Shown one piece after another: positions 18,511 to 20,111 of a stretch of DNA of 20,111 nucleotides. Under the pieces are notes generated by a model. It ran no database searches and had not been told where the DNA came from. It was given only the letters and a program-made list of their open reading frames with translations. The position numbers and the translations under genes are program-made. Every line of letters starts with the position of its first letter. Within the stretch, counting starts at the first letter, position 1. The stretch comes from Anaerolineae bacterium (GTDB taxonomy: Bacteria; Chloroflexota; Anaerolineae; S140-20): positions 1-20,111 of the forward strand of contig JALUTT010000006.1 in assembly GCA_027021705.1 (NCBI GenBank), written 5' to 3'.

Positions 18511-18905
18511 CCGCCGAGCAGTACTTTGAGGGGATCGGACGACGCAAGACGGCCACCGCCCGCGTGCGCCTCTATCCCGGTGGTAGCGGCAAGGTCCTCG
18601 TGAACGACCGTCCGCTGGAGGACTACTTCCCCCGGCCCGTGGACCAGTACCACCTGCTGGAGCCGTTGAAGGTGACGGAGACCGAAGGGCGTTTCGACAT
18701 CACCGTCAAGGTCAAGGGGGGCGGGATGAGCGGTCAGGCGGGCGCCATCCGCCTGGGCATCGCCCGCGCCCTGCTCAAGGTGGATCCGAACCTGCGCCCC
18801 GTCCTGCGGAAGGGAGGGTTCCTGACCCGGGATGCCCGGGTGAAGGAGCGCAAGAAGCCCGGCCTCAAGCGGGCCCGCAAAGCGCCTCAGTACACCAAGC
18901 GCTAG
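18507..18905 (+). CDS. rpsI: 30S ribosomal protein S9
   Basis: [60 protein letters not shown]. Confidence 0.99.
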   Translation: MTAEQYFEGIGRRKTATARVRLYPGGSGKVLVNDRPLEDYFPRPVDQYHLLEPLKVTETEGRFDITVKVKGGGMSGQAGAIRLGIARALLKVDPNLRPVLRKGGFLTRDARVKERKKPGLKRARKAPQYTKR

Positions 18906-18998
18906 TCGGTGGCCCCGGCATCGGCTTGGGAGAGCCGGTGTTGAGGGGACCTTCCCAGCCCCGCCACTCCTACGGCGGGGAAGCCCAAGAGACCTTTT

Positions 18999-19037
18999 CG
19001 CCCCGCCGGCTTCACGGCGGGGCGTTCTATTCCCTTT
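18999..19037 (+). terminator. Putative intrinsic terminator of the r-protein superoperon
   Basis: Perfect 10-bp GC stem CGCCCCGCCG (18999-19008) / CGGCGGGGCG (19015-19024), 6-nt loop, then an imperfect U-tract TTCTATTCCCTTT. Confidence 0.7.
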
Positions 19038-19043
19038 CCTCCC

Positions 19044-19072
19044 TTGACATAGAACGTCTGTTCACGTATAAT
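19044..19072 (+). promoter_or_regulatory. sigma70/sigmaA promoter of lexA
   Basis: TTGACA (19044-19049), 17 bp spacer, TATAAT (19067-19072): an exact consensus. Confidence 0.92.
19052..19063. promoter_or_regulatory. LexA operator (SOS box) 1, GAAC-N4-GTTC
   Basis: GAACGTCTGTTC in the -35/-10 spacer. Matches the Gram-positive-type SOS box also described in Chloroflexota (Dehalococcoides). Confidence 0.9.
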
Positions 19073-19074
19073 AC

Positions 19075-19086
19075 GAACAGACGTTT
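19075..19086. promoter_or_regulatory. LexA operator (SOS box) 2, GAAC-N4-GTTT
   Basis: GAACAGACGTTT over the expected +1; an inverted copy of box 1. Confidence 0.82.
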
Positions 19087-19128
19087 GGGTTATCTTGGGA
19101 TACATTGGGATTTTTGCCGGGGGTAAAC

Positions 19129-19806
19129 ATGAAACAGCCACACCTTTCCGAACGTCAACAGAGAATCTTGAAGTTCATCCATCGCTTCGTTCGGGAGCAC
19201 GGCTACCCGCCGACCATCCGGGAGATCGGTCGTGCTGTGGACATCAGCTCCACGTCCGTCGTCAAGTACAACCTGCGCAAGCTGGAATCGCTGGGGCTTT
19301 TGGCGCGGGACCCCACGGTCTCCCGGGGGTTACGTCTGACGGACGAAGGACGGGATCTGTTGACGGCCTGGGGGATCGTTGCTCCCTCGTCCGATGTGCG
19401 CCGGATCCCTCTGCTGGGGCGCATCGTCGCCGGCGAGCCCATCCCCATCCCCGCCTCCGACTTCGCCCTGATGGGCGCCGACGAGACGGTGGAACTGGCC
19501 CGGGGGCTGGTCCCCGATGATCCCGACATCTTCGCCCTGGAGGTCCATGGCGACTCGATGATTGATGCCCTGATCAACGACGGTGACATCGTCGTGATGA
19601 AGCGGGTGGACGGCAATCCCCGTCCCGGCGACATGGTCGCAGTCTGGCTCCGCAACCAGGAGGCGACAACGCTGAAGCAGTTCTACCTGGATGGCGACAA
19701 GGTGCGCCTCCAGCCGGCCAACCCCACGATGGAGCCCATCTACGAGGACCCGGCCAACGTCGAAGTGCAGGGCCGGGTGATCCTGGTCATCCGCCGGCTC
19801 CATTAG
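19129..19806 (+). CDS. lexA: SOS-response repressor LexA
   Basis: wHTH LSERQQRILKFI...GYPPTIREIG...SSTSVV; Ala-Gly cleavage site IVAGEPI; catalytic Ser in GDSMI and Lys in TTLK; RLQPANP. SOS boxes upstream. Confidence 0.98.
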   Translation: MKQPHLSERQQRILKFIHRFVREHGYPPTIREIGRAVDISSTSVVKYNLRKLESLGLLARDPTVSRGLRLTDEGRDLLTAWGIVAPSSDVRRIPLLGRIVAGEPIPIPASDFALMGADETVELARGLVPDDPDIFALEVHGDSMIDALINDGDIVVMKRVDGNPRPGDMVAVWLRNQEATTLKQFYLDGDKVRLQPANPTMEPIYEDPANVEVQGRVILVIRRLH

Positions 19807-19861
19807 TGGTCGGGTGGTCTGTTGGTCGGGTGGTCACGTGGTCTGTTGGTCACGTGGTCCT
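19806..19861. repeat. 8-bp tandem repeat KTGGTCNN x7
   Basis: gtggtcgg gtggtctg ttggtcgg gtggtcac gtggtctg ttggtcac gtggtcct, beginning at the last base of the lexA stop codon. Confidence 0.92.
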
Positions 19862-19945
19862 TGTCCCCTGTCCCTTGTCCCTTGCTTCTTGTCCCTTGTT
19901 CCTTGCCCCTTGCCCCCTGCTCCTTGCCCCCTGCCCCTTGCCCCT
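19862..19945. repeat. 7-bp tandem repeat TGYYYCY x12
   Basis: tgtcccc tgtccct tgtccct tgcttct tgtccct tgttcct tgcccct tgccccc tgctcct tgccccc tgcccct tgcccct. Confidence 0.95.
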
Positions 19946-19992
19946 TCCGAAAGCTCAGCGGGTTACCAGCGGCAAGTAGACACGGTAGTGGC

Positions 19993-20021
19993 TTGTCAAA
20001 CTTGATTTTATGAGTTATACT
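19993..20021 (+). promoter_or_regulatory. Putative sigma70 promoter of the terminal ORF
   Basis: TTGTCA (19993-19998), 17 bp spacer, TATACT (20016-20021). Confidence 0.65.
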
Positions 20022-20056
20022 CCGGGGAGAAATCAATTCTTCTCGGAGGTGGTTCC

Positions 20057-20111
20057 ATGAACAAGAGATACATAGTTCGTCTCACAGAAGAGGAAAGGGA
20101 GTACCTGCACG
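20057..20111 (+). CDS. N-terminus of a probable IS630-family transposase / HTH protein (partial)
   Basis: MNKRYIVRLTEEEREYLH... resembles the K.YIV.LT.EER..L start of IS630-type transposases. SD GGAGGT at 20045-20050. Only 18 codons are visible. Confidence 0.68.
   Translation, partial: MNKRYIVRLTEEEREYLH

Larger units (their letters stand above)
19986..20111 (+). mobile_element. Left end of a probable IS630-family insertion sequence (partial)
   Basis: Drop in GC; candidate TA target plus terminus TAGTGGCTTGTCAAA; internal promoter, GGAGGT SD and an ORF with an IS630-like N-terminus. The right end is outside the window, so the boundary is inferred. Confidence 0.6.

Noticed and set aside
184..19803. 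Many long minus-strand and alternate-frame ORFs (e.g. 15730-17103, 14030-15148, 11292-12401, 8716-9735)
   Set aside because: They are shadows of conserved high-GC genes and show no recognisable motifs.
19964..19985. TACCAGCGGCAAGTAGA as an alternative or second TA-starting element end
   Set aside because: It cannot be tested without the partner end, which is outside the window.
19803..20036. Short ORFs over the post-lexA repeats (19803-20036 -, 19814-20005 +, 19822-20013 +)
   Set aside because: They are low-complexity translations of the tandem repeats; plus-strand frames stay open largely because the tract lacks A.
1..20111. tRNA, rRNA or named riboswitch / r-leader
   Set aside because: No cloverleaf, T-loop or known aptamer consensus recognised by eye; an Infernal/Rfam scan would be needed.

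Overview
The window is the S10-spc-alpha ribosomal protein superoperon of a high-GC bacterium, all on the + strand. It runs from the 3' end of tuf through rpsJ...rpsQ, rplN...rplO, secY, adk, map, rpmJ, rpsM, rpsK, rpsD, rpoA, rplQ, truA, rplM and rpsI. After it come a terminator, lexA (consensus sigma70 promoter overlapped by two GAAC-N4-GTTY SOS boxes), 8-mer and 7-mer tandem repeats, and the left end of a probable IS630-family element. Protein features suggest Chloroflexota (Anaerolineae/Caldilineae-like), possibly thermophilic; this is inference. Non-standard content: (1) a low-GC, apparently promoterless DUF4160/DUF2442 putative toxin-antitoxin pair between rplB and rpsS; (2) a duplicated cluster of GTAG-type REP-like palindromes between rplX and rplE; (3) long intergenic spacers folding into G-U-rich hairpins; (4) heptamer and octamer tandem repeats; (5) no infA between map and rpmJ, and no canonical start at the expected map N-terminus. 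All calls come from reading the sequence by eye; no searches or folding programs were run.
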